A stretch of DNA of 64,000 bases. It comes from Eledone cirrhosa. Taxonomy: Eukaryota. This document shows, piece by piece, positions 1 to 14,470 of the stretch. Below the pieces are notes generated by a model. That model made no database searches and had not been told where the DNA came from. It saw only the letters and a list, made by a program, of their open reading frames with translations. Location of the stretch: assembly GCA_964016885.1 (NCBI GenBank), contig OZ024741.1:290780001-290844000 (forward strand), given 5' to 3'. The position numbers were made by a program, and so were the translations under genes. Position 1 is the first letter of the stretch. Every line of letters starts with the position of its first letter.

Positions 1-1229
1 TATAACGCTACTAATGTTAAAGCAGTATACGCTGTTCATGCTGTGTAAAAAATTGTCTTGCATAACGCTGCTGTTTTTATGACTGTGTGAGGGTGTTTGA
101 AATCACCTACTGTAAAAGGAAATACCGAAAAATTCAAGAGATAAGTTTAAGGAACGTTGCTGTAGAGAAAATATTTTAGTTTGGCACGAAATCTTAGAAT
201 TTTTAAAGAGAAATGGTCGATACAATTATAGGTCATTAATAGGTCCCTGAGTGCCATACAAAACGCCAGCATCATTTATCATAGGGGAATTGACGGTTGA
301 AAAAGAGCAATACTTGTATGTGATTTATTTTATCTAGCACAAAAGGATAAAAGACACAGTCAGCTAGGATATGAACTCACTTCGACGAGATACGACTACA
401 ACATGATCCGAAAAAGTACAAGACCTGCGAAAAATAGTTACTAAACCTTCTTCAAATAACAGACTACCGTCTTATAAAAAGAAAGAAAGCTTTAGTTTAT
501 GTATTCCTGAGTTCCCTGTGGAATGGCGAGATCAATTTTTTATATGTTAACGTTCTATATTAAAAAAATGTTAGAAAATAATTTTAAAAAGAAATGAATA
601 TATTGCGAGTAAATTTGACATATTTAATAAAAGTTTCGCTCCGGCTAAGACTTTTCTGTAATATGTATGGTCTCTACCTTTAAAATTCTAACTCTCACAC
701 TTAGGAAAGAAACACAAAAATATACCCTAATGTCTATAATCTGTTCTTTCAACTTTTAACAGCTTTGAGGATGACTTCAACTAAAGCTTATGCTTTATCA
801 AACTCCGATAAAATAAAACAGATTTAATATTCATCGATATTGTTTAGGCTGAAACATTTATGAATAAAATACTACATTTAGTTATTTAATACGTATTTTT
901 GAAATCAATTAAAATTATCATATTGTCACAATGCTTTCAAAAACTACTCAATAATACATATCCACACCATACACTCACACACTCGTGAGGTTGTGAGTTC
1001 GATTCCCAGACCGGGAAATGCGTTATGTCATTGAGCAAGACACTTTATTTCACATTGCTCCTTCTATCTGGAGTTGCGACTGATAGATAGTATTAGCAAT
1101 TGGAAAAACTGATGGAAACATTGTTTCCTCGGTCCGATTTGACGAAAGTCGATCGCTCCTTTATATATATATATATATAAACAAATGTATCTTGAATATC
1201 AAGTTTGAAACGCGAGTGTATTAGAATTC

Positions 1230-1521
1230 ATATAGTTATTGGAAGAACTCAGCACAAGGAAGCTGTTAAAACAGCAAAATGCTGTCAATGGCGGCGTCGG
1301 GTTAAATTTACGTCAAAGGATAGAAATCAGTGGCTAGAAGTGTGTTGGCTCGTACAAAACAGACCAGAGAGGTTCTCACAAACATCAAATTTTTTCATCA
1401 GCTTCTACGAGCCAATACACTTCTAGCCGCTGATTTCTATCCTTTAAGGTAAATTTTACTCGATGCCGTCATTGACGGCATTTTGCTATTTTAACAGCTT
1501 CCTGCGTCGAATTATTCAAAT

Positions 1522-1530
<9 letters not shown>
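1230..1530. repeat. Long imperfect palindrome (arms of about 125 bp) abutting (TA)n
   Basis: About 1230-1356 is the reverse complement of about 1405-1530. Confidence 0.85.
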
Positions 1531-1575
<45 letters not shown>

Positions 1576-1578
<3 letters not shown>

Positions 1579-1730
1579 ACAAAAGGAAAAGAATGACTTC
1601 ACTTGTAGTTCTAAACAATTCTAAACTATTTGATTTAATTTTATAATAATATCTACAAAATCATAATATTATAAAATTAAATCAAATTGTTTAGAATTAC
1701 AAGTAAAGTCATTCTTTTCATTTCTTAAAA
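1576..1730. repeat. AT-rich palindrome between (TA)n tracts
   Basis: GAAAAGAATGACTTCACTTGTA...TTTGATTTAATTTTATAATA / TATTATAAAATTAAATCAAA...TACAAGTAAAGTCATTCTTTTC. Confidence 0.8.
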
Positions 1731-2104
1731 TATACCTAACTGTACCAAGGATTTCACACATTTCCCAATATATATATATCACATAAACAAATCGTATGTG
1801 CCTTTATATACATGTGGCCTCAAATAAGAGAATCGGAATCGTAGCATTCCGTCACCTAAAATAGGGTAACCATGTAACCCTTGGTTCCATGTGCATAGAA
1901 AAACGTCGGTATAATGACAAATGGAATGTGCTTGATCCTACGTTTGACTATGACTGATCTGTGGTTAAACAACCAAAATGAATAATTCAAGTGAGATAAA
2001 TATGATTCATATTTTATTTATTTTCAATCATTTTGATAAAAACGTTTGGCTCTATCCATATACAAATCTAGTTTTTGGTGAGACATGAGAGGTGAAGGCA
2101 GATA

Positions 2105-2418
2105 AGTAGAAAGATAGGTAAGTATGTATGTAGGCATGTATGTAGGTGTGTAGGTAGGTAGGTATGTAGGTAGGTAGTAGGTAAGTAAGTAGGTAGGTAG
2201 GTCGGTAGGTAAGTGGGAGGTGTGGTAGGTATGTAAGTAGGTAGGTAGATAGGTAGGTAAATAGGTAGTTAGGTAGGAAAGTAGGGACGTGGGTAGGTAG
2301 GTAGGAAAGTAGGTAGGCAGGAAGGTAGGTTGGAAGGTGGGTAGATAGGTAGGTAGGTAGGAGGTAAGTGAATGGGTTGGTAAGAGATTAGGAAGGTAGG
2401 AACGTAGGGAGTTAGGTG
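2105..2418. repeat. Degenerate (TAGG)n microsatellite
   Basis: Direct reading. Confidence 0.9.
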
Positions 2419-2714
2419 TTTATATCTCTTACAATGAACAGCTGTCAACCTAACAAGGCTGAGCTGCTCTCGAAACTTTTATCATGAATTAAAGGATTAA
2501 AGCATGGAAAAGACACTTTGTGAAAACCGCCATCTATTTTGACGTTTGCAGCTCCGTTCATTAATCAATTAAAAAAATAGACAAATAAAACTATTTACCA
2601 GACACACATATATAGAGAGAGATACTCTTTGTCTGTCTGTTGTGTATGCATTTATGTGTGTGCATATGTGTGTATGTCAGAGAGATAGATAGATAGAGAG
2701 AGAGTGAAAGAGAT

Positions 2715-2767
<53 letters not shown>

Positions 2768-2771
2768 GAGA

Positions 2772-2841
<70 letters not shown>

Positions 2842-3247
2842 GTGTGCGGGGGGGGGGGGGGGGGTTAATTTTTTCGTGCGTCAACAATATCATTGTAGGA
2901 CTTGTTGATGTCCGCTACATATAAGGCATTGCTAGTTTATGGAATATCAAGCTATGAGGAAAATTTATATTTAATTTGTGACTTTTGTTTGTTTACCCTT
3001 CTGCCTACCACTTTCTCTCGTTTTCCTTTTCCCCCTGATTAGATATAAATATCTTCTGTCGAGTTAACCTCAATCATTCTATACATTTATTTAAATCTTT
3101 CATATTTTTTATTTGAAATTTTCCCGCTTTGGTCTTTTTCGCGATAGATATAAAAGTCATAAATTATTCGAAAGGAAATTAATGGACACCACAAGCACAC
3201 ACACATAATCACACACACACATACACTCACACACACGCACACATATG

Positions 3248-3372
<125 letters not shown>

Positions 3373-4523
3373 ATATATATATATATATATATATATAAAA
3401 CTGTAGTTGTCTATGTGTGTCCCCATTTTTGCAAAGTCTATACAAATCCACATTTCTACGCCGATTGACTTCAAACTTGCATTTATATATTCCTTGCTGT
3501 CTAAAGATATTAACTGCAGCTTTTACTTTTCAATTTTCTGTTGTTAAAGGGGTGTTAGGCGCCGGTTACCCATCTCCGTCGCGCCCTTATAATATCTGTC
3601 TGTATGCCTGGCTGTCTGCATTACGACATTCTGACAAACATTGATGACGTATTATGTTCGCTATTTTCCGTTCATTGCCAGGGAACGTCTTCACGAACCA
3701 AAGTATCGTCTTTCTGTTTTCCTTCGGTTGCAACGTTTTTCGAAATATTTACTTCTGCGTTCACAGATTGATAATTTTAGTTTCAGAAGATCCCGTTAAG
3801 GGTGAAAGCAGCTATTCTTTGCTTAAACTTTAATCCGTTATTCTAATATATAATATAAGCGAGGCAAGCCAGCTCAGTTGCACTTCTTGCCAATAAACAT
3901 TAATCCCTTTGTGCGCCATTCATCTAACTGTAGACCAACAAATACGAACTAAACGGAGCATTGACAAGAACGATGGCAAATGAATCTTCGAGGTAAGCAG
4001 TTTCCTCCCGAGCTGTTACTTCACGCGGGATTCTCTGCTACACCTTTTCGTAATAATACCAAACAACGTACTGCTGGTCACTCCTTCCTCCAAAAGCCGT
4101 ACAAAGCGGACATGTGCATCGGGCAGATGGATCGGGTGCAAATCCACACCAGGCCCACGCGAGAAATTCGCAAGGGACTGCACTGAGAGGGATAGAGAGA
4201 AAGAGTAACTTAGTAGAAAGAGTGCGAATGAACTTTTGAAGTAAGTAGCCTACGCCTTACTGCTATGACACTGTAACCTTCTCCCAACTTAACCTGTGAC
4301 TTTCTCTTTCACATTTACTCCAAACGGCCAAAACAGGGGAGTATGAAAAGAAGGGGCTCAACAATATTTCTATGAACAATGCACGTAGACAGCTAAACTG
4401 TACTTTCAACTTCTTAATTTTCTCCAAATAAAACAAGTTTCCTGTCGGTATATTTTCGTGAGTTTTTAACAGGTACTCACAAAGAAACGTTTCTCATTGG
4501 AGGTGCTATTACCAATGTTCTTA

Positions 4524-4552
4524 CCCGTGCAACGCCGGGATACACTGCTAGT
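4524..4552 (+). mobile_element. Helitron-type 3' terminus
   Basis: CCCGTGCAACGCCGGG hairpin followed by CTAG|T, then (AT)n. Confidence 0.6.
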
Positions 4553-5273
4553 ATATATATATTTGGGATTGTAACGTCAAATTGCCTCACCAATGTGAGC
4601 ACTCGATGCATAGTTTCCCGTATGTAGTTTTGGGTTGTACTAAGCAGAGTGTAATCTATATAGTTCTAAAACTCTGTGATTGTATGCTTGTCTGTAATTT
4701 ATTACACCCAAAACGGCATATAATGGGAAATACTTTGAAAAGAAGTGCCCCTGAAATGGGAATACAAATGGACTAAAACAAGTTTCGCGTAAATCGGAGC
4801 ACGGTCCCCGAGATACGGATCTTTTCCGGGTACTTTCATAAATAGAGAGAGAGAGAGAGATATAGAGTAAAAAAGATAGTGGTTGTGAGCGAGTAGATTA
4901 AAAGAGAGACATAGAGAGTGAGAGAGAGAGAGGGAGAGGGAGAGAGAGGGAGAGAGAGGGGGAGAGAGAGGGAGAGAGAGAGAGAAGGAAAATAGAAGGG
5001 AGAAAGTGAGAGCTGGTAGGTTGTTGAATGAAATTATAACAGGTAACTTCAAAGAATCTAATACAGCATTACTGTATCTGGCTAAAATTTGGTGACTGAA
5101 TATTAAGTCATATATATCATATAATTTGTGTTAGGACAGGATGTGTGTAGCGAATATTTCCTGCAAGATAGAAAAGGTTTCTAAGTTTGTGTGTATATGT
5201 ATGTGTGTCCGTGACCAGTGTGTATAGGTCGCAGACACCCATATATATATATATAAACACACACACACACGCC

Positions 5274-5314
<41 letters not shown>

Positions 5315-5315
5315 G

Positions 5316-5409
<94 letters not shown>

Positions 5410-5518
5410 AACAGATACACACATATATATAGAGAGATAGATAGAAATAGAGATAGATAGAAATAGAGATAGATAGAAAGATATAAAATAGATAGATAGA
5501 CAGACAGACAGATAGATA

Positions 5519-7516
5519 TGTTTCTTTATTAGCCACAGGGGCACAAAAGAAGGGGACAAATACAAAGGGGGAAGTTTACATACAATAAAAACGTGTAAAA
5601 TATTATCACAAATGCAATTTAAAAATTAGTCGTTTTCCCCAATAGGGGGAGACAGTTCATATGGGTAACACATACTCCCGAAAAAATGTTCAGCCCTCAT
5701 CTCCAGGAGTACGAAGAGTTTGTACTCCTTTCCTCTCCTCCTCCTTTTCCTCAACCTACAGGCTGATATAGAGAGAAGGCCCATTCACTCGGGCCATTCT
5801 CGCCACTTTCACCCACCTTTCATAAAACTTGCTGGGGTACAGCACCTCTCTCTCTATCCTGTTTCTTCTTCCAAAGCGGTATTTGAAAAGAAGAGTCAGT
5901 TGTTGGCCGGAGAGAAAGGTGTCTGACCTCAGCCCTTTCAACCTTGTCCACCATACGACCTCTTTCGCCATAGCTGTCACACAAAGGAAAACCGCTTCTC
6001 CTTCGTTTTTGAAGGAGGGTGGCGGTTTGATCATGACAATGGACTCGGTGGTCAACCGGATTGGTCCCACCCGCGACAATAGTCGTTCTACATAGCCCCA
6101 CAGGTCGGTGACGCCCGGGCAGTGTATGAATGCGTGCGCGACGGTTTCTTCGTCGCGCACGCATCTCGGACAGATCTTTTTCGAAGGGTCCCTACCCGGG
6201 CGCCCATGTCTGTAGAGCTTGTCTCGAACTGGTAGAGCTCCTAGGTAGCACTGCCAGGCCAGGGACTTTTGGAAGTTGTCCATCGGTCCCGGGCGGAAGG
6301 TCCTACCGAACAGACTGGCCAGTTCGTCTTCCTCTACGCCCAGAGTTTCACCGAGCACGTCGTCGCACTTGCTGCGGATCAACCCTCTATAGAATGACGA
6401 AGTGGAGTCTCCACTGATCGCCGGGTTCGCCTGCCAGAGGGCTGTGAGCGCCTGAGCACATTCGATGTGCCAGTCGCCCATTTTCCTCGGTCTTTGCTTG
6501 ACCCAGGACTGCACTCGGTCAGCGAGATGAGTCGTGGGAACGCTCGCCTCACGAACGGGGCCCACACCGGTTGTCCGGTGAGGATTACATGCCGAAGCCT
6601 GAGCGCGTGTTTGCGCATCGTCAGCCACGACATCCCTAGCCCTCCGTTGGAAGGGCGTTGGCAGCAGATGGATCTTATCACCATAGGAGCCCGCCTCTTC
6701 CAAAGGAATTGGAAGAGCGCGTGCTCCATTTTGGGGGGCGTTTTGGGTCGACAAGGCGCGACGGTCAAGCGGTAGTAGACGTCAAGCGGACGCTATAAAA
6801 GTGTTCGCCACCTCGGCTCGACCTTTCAAGGATAGTTTGCACTCGGCCCACTTCTGGGTGAGTGCAAACAATTTGGCCGACACCTCGTTCCAGTTCTTCT
6901 CCACCTGGATGTCCGGACCAAACCAGACCCCGAGCAGCTTTACTGGTCCTTCCGTCCAGCGTCCGACGACGCCATCGGAAGGCATCGGTCTGCCTCTCCA
7001 CGATCCGAGTTGCAAACCGATGGACTTGTCCCGGTTCAGCTTTGCTCCTATGAAACTTTCGTATTCCTTCAGTAAGGTGCCAATTTCCTCGATTTGCGAG
7101 GCGCTCGACACCATTACTGTCACGTCGTCGGCGTAGGCCGACGTCGCTTTCCGCAGTCCTGGTTCCAGAGGGATGCCCTGCAATAGCTCCAACTTCCGCA
7201 GTAGTGGCTCGAGAGTCAATACGTACAGAGGGGAGGAGAGAGGGCATCCCTGTCGAATGGATCGCGTGATATGCAACGGCTCCGAGAGGTAGCCGTTCAC
7301 CTTAACCCTTGAGCAGATGTTGCTGTTATGCATTGCAGTAATCCATCCCCTGAACACGGTTCCGAAGCCTGCCGCCTCGGGCACCGCATCCAGGTAACGA
7401 TGGTCAACCCTATCGAAAGCCTTAGACTGATTCAAGTTGATCAGGGCCCCACCGAAGCCGGGTTTACACCTTACCCTCTCTATGATGTATCTCATGGGGT
7501 GGAAGTTGTCGTGTAT
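5519..7516 (-). mobile_element. Tx1/L1-clade LINE, 5'-truncated: ORF2 RT, C-terminal zinc finger and 3' UTR
   Basis: ORF 6782..7615 has RT motifs (KAFDRVDH, RQGCPLSSPLY, SAYADD). ORFs 6379..6768 (GGLG) and 5756..6754 (CPRC..ETVAHAFIHC) continue it across frameshifts. The 3' end GTGGCTAATAAAGAAA runs into (TCTA/TCTG)n. Confidence 0.9.
5756..7516 (-). pseudogene. Frameshifted LINE ORF2 (reverse transcriptase plus zf-RVT-like C-terminus)
   Basis: Three overlapping ORFs in different frames form one RT-to-CCHC protein, with frameshifts near 6780 and 6520. Confidence 0.85.
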
Positions 7517-7974
7517 GGATAGATAAATAGATAGATAAGATAGATGGATAGATACATAGAAACTTAAGAAAATTAACAAAGAGAGGACAAGGTAACAAAA
7601 CAAAACGTAAAACAAATCTTTAACGGAAAACTTTTTTGTTATTAAAAAACATAAAACGTAAAAAAAAAAAATGAAATAAATGTCGGTCTGTGAAAATATT
7701 TGAAATGCATCAAATCTACAAAATAAAATGTTCTCTTTTTTTTTTTTTCGTTTAACAATTTTATTTGCATTATTCTTTAAAACTTGATTAAAATAATAAT
7801 AGATATATGTGTAAATATGGTTTGAACAATAAAAATGCTGTGAAACAACATTTTTTTTGTACCCTTGCTTCTGAAGAACGTAAGGGTAGAAAAATGCATT
7901 GAGTTTAACTCAGCTTACCAATGGAAATAGTGAATTATTACACTATAACCTCATATATTACTGTCTACAAACAC

Positions 7975-8034
<60 letters not shown>

Positions 8035-8041
8035 TATATAC

Positions 8042-8129
<88 letters not shown>

Positions 8130-8191
8130 ATTTATGTATAAATGTGTAAGCGTGTGTGTGAGAGAGAGAGAGAGAAAGAGAGTGAGTGAGT

Positions 8192-8275
<84 letters not shown>

Positions 8276-9599
8276 AAATTCGGGACAAGGAACATCTAAA
8301 TTCCATCGGTCAAACAACAAGCAAGAGTTGTTAAAATGTACCATACAGCCTGATGATGTGTCCTACAAATTTACTGTTACATAACGACTGGCGAGTACCT
8401 CGGAAATGCGTATAACATTATCGTAATCAAGATAGTGAAGTACAAGAAATAGAAGCTAATTTTCACATTTAATAATACAATAACACTGTAATAGTCTACG
8501 TCATCCCATATCATAGTTACAATTGTATAACCACTCAAGTGTACACTCACACGCATATATATATATATATATGTGTGTGTATGTGTGTGTGTGTATGTGT
8601 GTATGTGTGTGTGTGTATGTGTGTGTGTGCGTGTTTGGTAACCCACCGAGGTCAATAACTAGGAATTGATAAACTAACTACTCGCTTAACCACGAAAGTT
8701 TGACCTTCGCCAATGCTTCAAGTTTAGGAATAGTGGTGGAGTGAAAATTACGTAATCTACCATAGTACATAAGTGACACTGTTTATCTAGCGCGGAAGGA
8801 AAGAATGAAAGATAATGTTGAATTGAGCTAGATTTGAATAAATAATTGTTTATAAATAATGATAATAATAATAATCCTGTCATTGTAAGGCCCAAGACCT
8901 CATACAACATGTTTAACCTCCAATATAGTTTACAAAACGTGTGCAGATATCATTATAATTATAAGTAGATTGCGGTATCAGAATGCTGCAATACTTGTCC
9001 ATTGTTTGCAGAGTTTGTAATCAGTTGTGATACCTTAGTCGTGAGATTATCCCTTGCTCTCGCTAAGATTTAGAATCCCTACACAGACTTTGAAATCAGA
9101 ACGCAAAATGCCTAACATTTCTTCCAATCCACCTGGATTTATATTTTATTACATCGATCCTCGAAAGGACGAAAGACAAAAGCGACTGGAACAAAATCGA
9201 GATTCTATCCATTGCAGTAAAGACTGCCATTTTGCCACCCTTAAACAAGATGTGGAAGAAATACATCATAAAAAGTCAAATTGATTTCTTAATATAAAGA
9301 AGAATTGATAATGTAGGCAATTTAACCACGCAGGTATGTGAAGGCGACGCACAAATAAAAATCAGACATCTCCATAATTCTGACCACATATTCTAGTCAT
9401 CTTTTGTGAACCGCGTTCTCAAAATCGAATTAAAGACACATACTATAATGTGCTGTATCATGGGCGATGGACCCACTTCCAGTTAAACAACTGCTAGAAT
9501 TACCCCTACTTTGTAAAAGAAACGTAGTTCACCTTTCTACTCGCTCTAGTTAAATTCATCGAACAAGGAGGCAATGATTTACTCGAACATACTCGATCA

Positions 9600-11545
9600 T
9601 TAGGTTTCTATGAACTGTCTCAAATAGAATTGCTTTATTTGTCACCTAACGGCAGCAAAAGATCGAATGCTGCTATTGATTTTCGCCGTCGATGTCCCGA
9701 CGGAAGAAGGATACACAGATTTCTTCAGGCGCCAGGAAAACCTTTTCGAAAAGTGTCACTGCTTACTGGAAGCAGGCAACTGGGACGGCATCTTAGACGC
9801 ACAATGGGATTCCGTGAGAGTAGCTGATAGCAACAAGGGGTGGTATAGCATCAAGAACCTTATCAAACAATTCCAACTATCTATAACGTACCGACAAGGT
9901 TTCCTGAAAGCGCCAGTGTGCACATGGACCAATTGCATCCGGTTATCTCCATCTTGTTTAGAAAGAACTTTAATTAGTCTATCAGAAAGGGTCGCCTATT
10001 CAGACCACACTTTTGTGATCTGGTCGACCTAGTTAGAACATGTAGACAAGGTCGCGGTTACAGGAAGATTAACGTTGCCCCTTCAGAACCGGATTAGCAC
10101 ATTAGTTAAGCAACAGGTGTAGTGCACTCTCAAGAAAGTGATTAGAGTAGAATCAGTAGATTTAGTAAAGAAGTAGCAGCAGAAAAGAATTGACGGGGGA
10201 AATGTTAGTAGCTAAAATAGAAGAGGTGGTTAGGACTGGTAATGCACACGACGTACAAGCTGCGAAAACAGAGATAGAGCATTTTTTCAATGTGGAACAC
10301 GAACGTTGCATGGTCAGAACTAAGGCATGTGCTCTAAGACGCAAATAAGCGAAAGCTGTTTGATGTGCCTGAGTGACACAAGCGCAGCGGTCTTGTGGAG
10401 CTTGTCGAAAAGCTACCAGTTCCTGTAGGACGTATCAGGCTACCGCCGACTCTATCATAAAGATCACCCCGCAGCTTTCTTATGGCCGTCAAGAGCAGGC
10501 AGGGTTTCTCTGCCTGGTAGCTGTGGTGAAAGATGTGTGGTGGACGTGACAGAAAGGATGATGACAGACACTTTCTTCTACGGCCAAGCCCTCATCGATA
10601 TTTTCAAGTTCCACTTGAAAAGGAAGGGGAAGATGGAGATGGAATTGCTGCCACCCAGTATATTTAGTAAAAGGTGGGTAAGTTTAGAGAGGATGGCCCG
10701 AGTGAATTGGTTTACTCTGACCATACGCATGTAGGCTGGAGCGTATAGCGAGGTGAGTGTCACCTTTCGAGGGTTCACTTCACGAGTAGGTTGTTTTCCT
10801 GTCTGTGATGTTCTTAAACTACCCTTGGGCGAGGCTCTCCAAACCACTATTGGGGAATTCTATCGTTTCAGTTCGTTAATATTTTGTAACCTGTTTTATT
10901 TGATTGCACGATGAATTATATGGACATTGCAGGTTTGTGAGATTGCATCAAACAACATTTATCGTTTGTAGGACAGATCCATCTCTCAACCAGGTCTATA
11001 ATGAAAATTGACCCACCACCACGGTTTAGAATGGAAGCACGGAATATCTTCTTCTGCCTGGTAGCTATGGTTATAAGGAAGTTGTATTGTTGGCTCGCCT
11101 AAAGGGATTGATGACAGGAGTCTTCCTTTCCGGCCAAACCCTCAACTTCTTCAAGTCTACTTGAAGAGGAATGTAAGGGTAGAGGTGTTACCTTCTAGTA
11201 TGATTTATGAAAGATGGATGAGGGCGACGAGATTGATGTGGCTGAATTAGCCTACACTGTCTATGCTTTACTAAATAGGAGAACTGAAACAGAGAGGGTA
11301 TCTTCAATGCCCGAGAGGCAATAGTGTCACCCAGGGTTTTGTGGAGGGTTCTCGCTGGAATTACCATGAAGTGTGCTTCCCCACCCCTTTTGGCGAACTG
11401 GTCCTTGTTGTCATTCATTTTTGTTATTGTTTTCTATTTTTATCTCTTCAGTGTTGTCCCCTTTCCATCCCTCCATGTAAACTCCACACTGCTTTCGTTT
11501 GTCCTTGGATTGCCCCCAATGGCTTGGGTCCATGTGGACAATAAC
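9600..11545 (+). mobile_element. Degenerate Tx1-like LINE relics (AP endonuclease and two 3' fragments)
   Basis: ORF 9667..10032 has APE-like motifs (GNWDGILD, TWTN, YSDH). ORF 10537..10734 (RWVSLERMARVN) resembles the Tx1 C-terminus (RWVKVARMARVN). Ends at GTGGACAATAA followed by (AAT)n. Confidence 0.65.
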
Positions 11546-11582
11546 AAATAATAATAACAATAATAATAATAACAATATTAAT

Positions 11583-11750
11583 AATAATTGTTTCTACTTT
11601 AGGCACAAGGCCAGCAATTACCCAGTGCATTACTGGTACTTTATTCTATCGACCCCGTAAGGATGAAAGGCAAAGTCAACCTCGGCGGGATTTGAACTCA
11701 GATCGTAAAAAGACGTAACTATGCTGGAAAGCATGGCGTCCGACCCTACA
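11583..11750 (-). mobile_element. tRNA-derived SINE (family 1)
   Basis: B box GAGTTCAAATCCC, body GCCTTTCATCCTTACGGGGTCGAT (Nin/Deu-like), tail GTAGAAACAATTATT. Confidence 0.85.
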
Positions 11751-11928
11751 GTATCGGTAGAGGGTCGGACGCCATGCTTTCACGTATAGAGTTACGCCCC
11801 TTTATGATCTGAGTTCAAATCCCGCCGAGGTTACCTTTGCCTTTCATCCTTACGGGGTCGATAAAATAAAGTACCAGTAATGCACTGGGATAATTACTGG
11901 CCTTGTGCCAAAAGTAGAAACAATTATT
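11749..11928 (+). mobile_element. tRNA-derived SINE (family 1), inverted partner of the previous copy
   Basis: CAGTATCGGTAGAG (A-box region), GAGTTCAAATCCC, same body and tail. Confidence 0.85.
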
Positions 11929-12091
11929 ACTAGTAGTAGTAATAGTATTAGTAGCAGTAGAAGTAGCAGTAGTAGTTGTAATAGTAGTATTGGCAGTAGA
12001 AGTAGTAGTAGTAGTAGTAGCAGTAGCAGCAGCAGCAGCAGCTGTAGTAGTAGTAGTAGTAGTAGTAGTAGCAGTAGCAGCAGCAGCAGCT

Positions 12092-12146
<55 letters not shown>
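11929..12146. repeat. (AGT)n/(AGC)n microsatellite
   Basis: Direct reading. Confidence 0.95.
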
Positions 12147-12149
<3 letters not shown>

Positions 12150-13099
12150 CGGTGGCGGCGGTGATGGTGGTTCAACTGTTTGTGGGTAGTGAGCAGACGG
12201 GTGGGTATTTATCTGACGAGAGAGGTATGGGGATGACATGTAGAGGTAGTAATTGGCCAGTCTCACTGGGTTTTATTTGATTTCTTTCTGGATATATCGA
12301 ACATAAAGAGCAGACAGTGTGTAGCTTATCAGCTTTTGTGCTTCGTGTGGGGTGAACTCTGAGGTGAACTTGTCAAAATCAATATCGTATAAGGAGCAGT
12401 TATGAAGACACTCCAATCTACGTGTTACATATAAGTGTAAGATATTGGTACATTGAGAGCCGTCAGAAAGAGAAGTTGGAGGAGGAGAATGGGAAGGTGC
12501 AAGGGGAAGAGGATTAGGAGGAGGAGGAGGGGGGATGACGATGAGAGGAGGGGGATGAGGAGGTGGTGGTGGGAGGAGAACAACTGTAAAAACAAAAACT
12601 CAGAACATTACAATAACAACAACAATTCAGATTTTTGATAAGTTTAAATTGAAACTCAATTAATTATACATATCAGTTATAACTTAGTCTAACTAGTGTT
12701 ACGTCCCTTGTCATTGGTTCTAATTTTGGCGACATAAACGACAAAGTTTACCGGTTGCGTCCCTTGTCTTACCAAAACCATAAGTGAAGAAATACCACAC
12801 AAAGGAGAAGATTTCAACATGACCTTTAACAATATGTGGAAAAAATGCATATATATATATATATATATAAACATATATCAAACACAAATGAACCTTTGAA
12901 ATACCACTCAACGAAACCGGTTAGTGTAAAAACTGTTTCAATAATCATGACTATTTCTGAAAACCTGCTTATATCTTTTAAGAAAATGTCATTTACTTTT
13001 TGTTTGAATAAAACTTTTTGTCGTTGTGTATTGTAAACTTTGCATAAAAGTAAAAAAAAATAGGTGCATCTTCAAATCTTTTATATTATTTTCCCTATA

Positions 13100-13590
13100 A
13101 ACAAAGCCCAAAAGGAGCACTTGGAAAGTATATCTCGAAGCGCTTACATCCATCATCCAGTCACGTACTATGATCTGTGGAAATTCCATCTTGGACATCT
13201 ACAGAGGATTAGTGACGGAGAAAGGTAACGACGTTCTTGGGAACGTCCTAGTCGAAGACAAGCAACTAGTCGCTATCTTCTGGAGAACTTTCTGCCCAGG
13301 ACTGATTAATAACTTCCAAAAATCTCTGACCTGGAAGAGCTACGGGGGAGCTTTGCCAGATGAAGATAAACGCTACTAGCATGGAAGTGCTGTCAGCTGA
13401 ACATGTCCAATATACGTGCAGGGCGACAAAACCGTCCTCTGGTTACTCGGTCATTGCCCAAGCATTGCTGACTTAAACGTTTATGACAAACATCTGCTAT
13501 CTTGTGTAGGACTGAATCATTTAACTAGGAAGGGCAGACCGTTATTATTTGCCTGTTTGCCTTGCCCAAAGAGGTTCTATGGTGGACATG
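13100..13590 (+). mobile_element. Degenerate Tx1-like LINE fragment
   Basis: ORF 13170..13379 (FWRTFCPGLINNFQKSLTWKSY) aligns by eye to FGRTFRPGPMDNFQKSLAWQCY of the younger copies. Confidence 0.7.
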
Positions 13591-13972
13591 ATTGTTATTA
13601 TTTATGTTATTTTTTTTATTACTATTCAAGCACCATCCCAGCATTGGCATTGCAAAGTTGAACATTAAACAAAAGTATTCATAATATCCCATTCACTTGA
13701 AAGGCAGTAGAACCTAGTTTCATCAACAAAAAGTATATTCCTAGTAACATTCTCATAAATACCATTCAGTAGCCATCTATAGAATACTAGGATCTAACAC
13801 AAAACCTGTCAAATGTATTGCTCGTCTTGTGGAATGTTGTGAAGTCTTTTCAACGCGCCAGATATCAATTATTCATTCTATATATTTGATACAAAACTGC
13901 AACAGCGGAAAAGATGATCTGACCATTTACGACTACTCTTGTTTACGCTCCAGGTATATGGGCACAATTATC

Positions 13973-14470
13973 GCAGTATCGGTAGAGGGTCGGACGACAT
14001 GCTTTGACGCATAGAGTTACACCCCTTGCCATTCTGAGTTCGAATCCCGCCGAGGTTAACTTTGCCTTTCATCCTTACTGTGTCGATAAAATAAAGTACC
14101 AGTAATGCACTGGGTAATTGCTGGCCTTCTGCCAAAAGTAGAAACAATTATTAAACATGCTATGGGCGGTGGATTGGAAGTATCGGTAGAAGGTCGGACG
14201 CCATACTTTGCAACATAGAGTTACGGACGTTGATAGTCTGAGCTCAAATCGCGCACCCCGACGGGGTCAATAAAATAAAATACCAGTAATGTTTTGGGAT
14301 ATCTGCTGGCCTTGTTCCTAAAGTAGAAACAATTATTAAACATGATATTTATTCAAATCCCAACGCGGTTAACTTTGCCTATCGTTCTTCCATGGTTGAT
14401 AAAATAGTGTACCTAATCATCACCCCTCTTCTCTCAAATAGTTAGCCTTGTGCCAATGGCAGAAGGAATT
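13973..14470 (+). mobile_element. Three tandem SINE family 1 copies (third partial)
   Basis: Units at about 13973-14152, 14165-14337 and 14350-14470. Confidence 0.8.

Noticed and set aside
1230-1530. Arm mismatches as fossil A-to-I editing
   Set aside because: G-T mismatches are equally explained by C>T decay, and other palindromes show no consistent strand bias.
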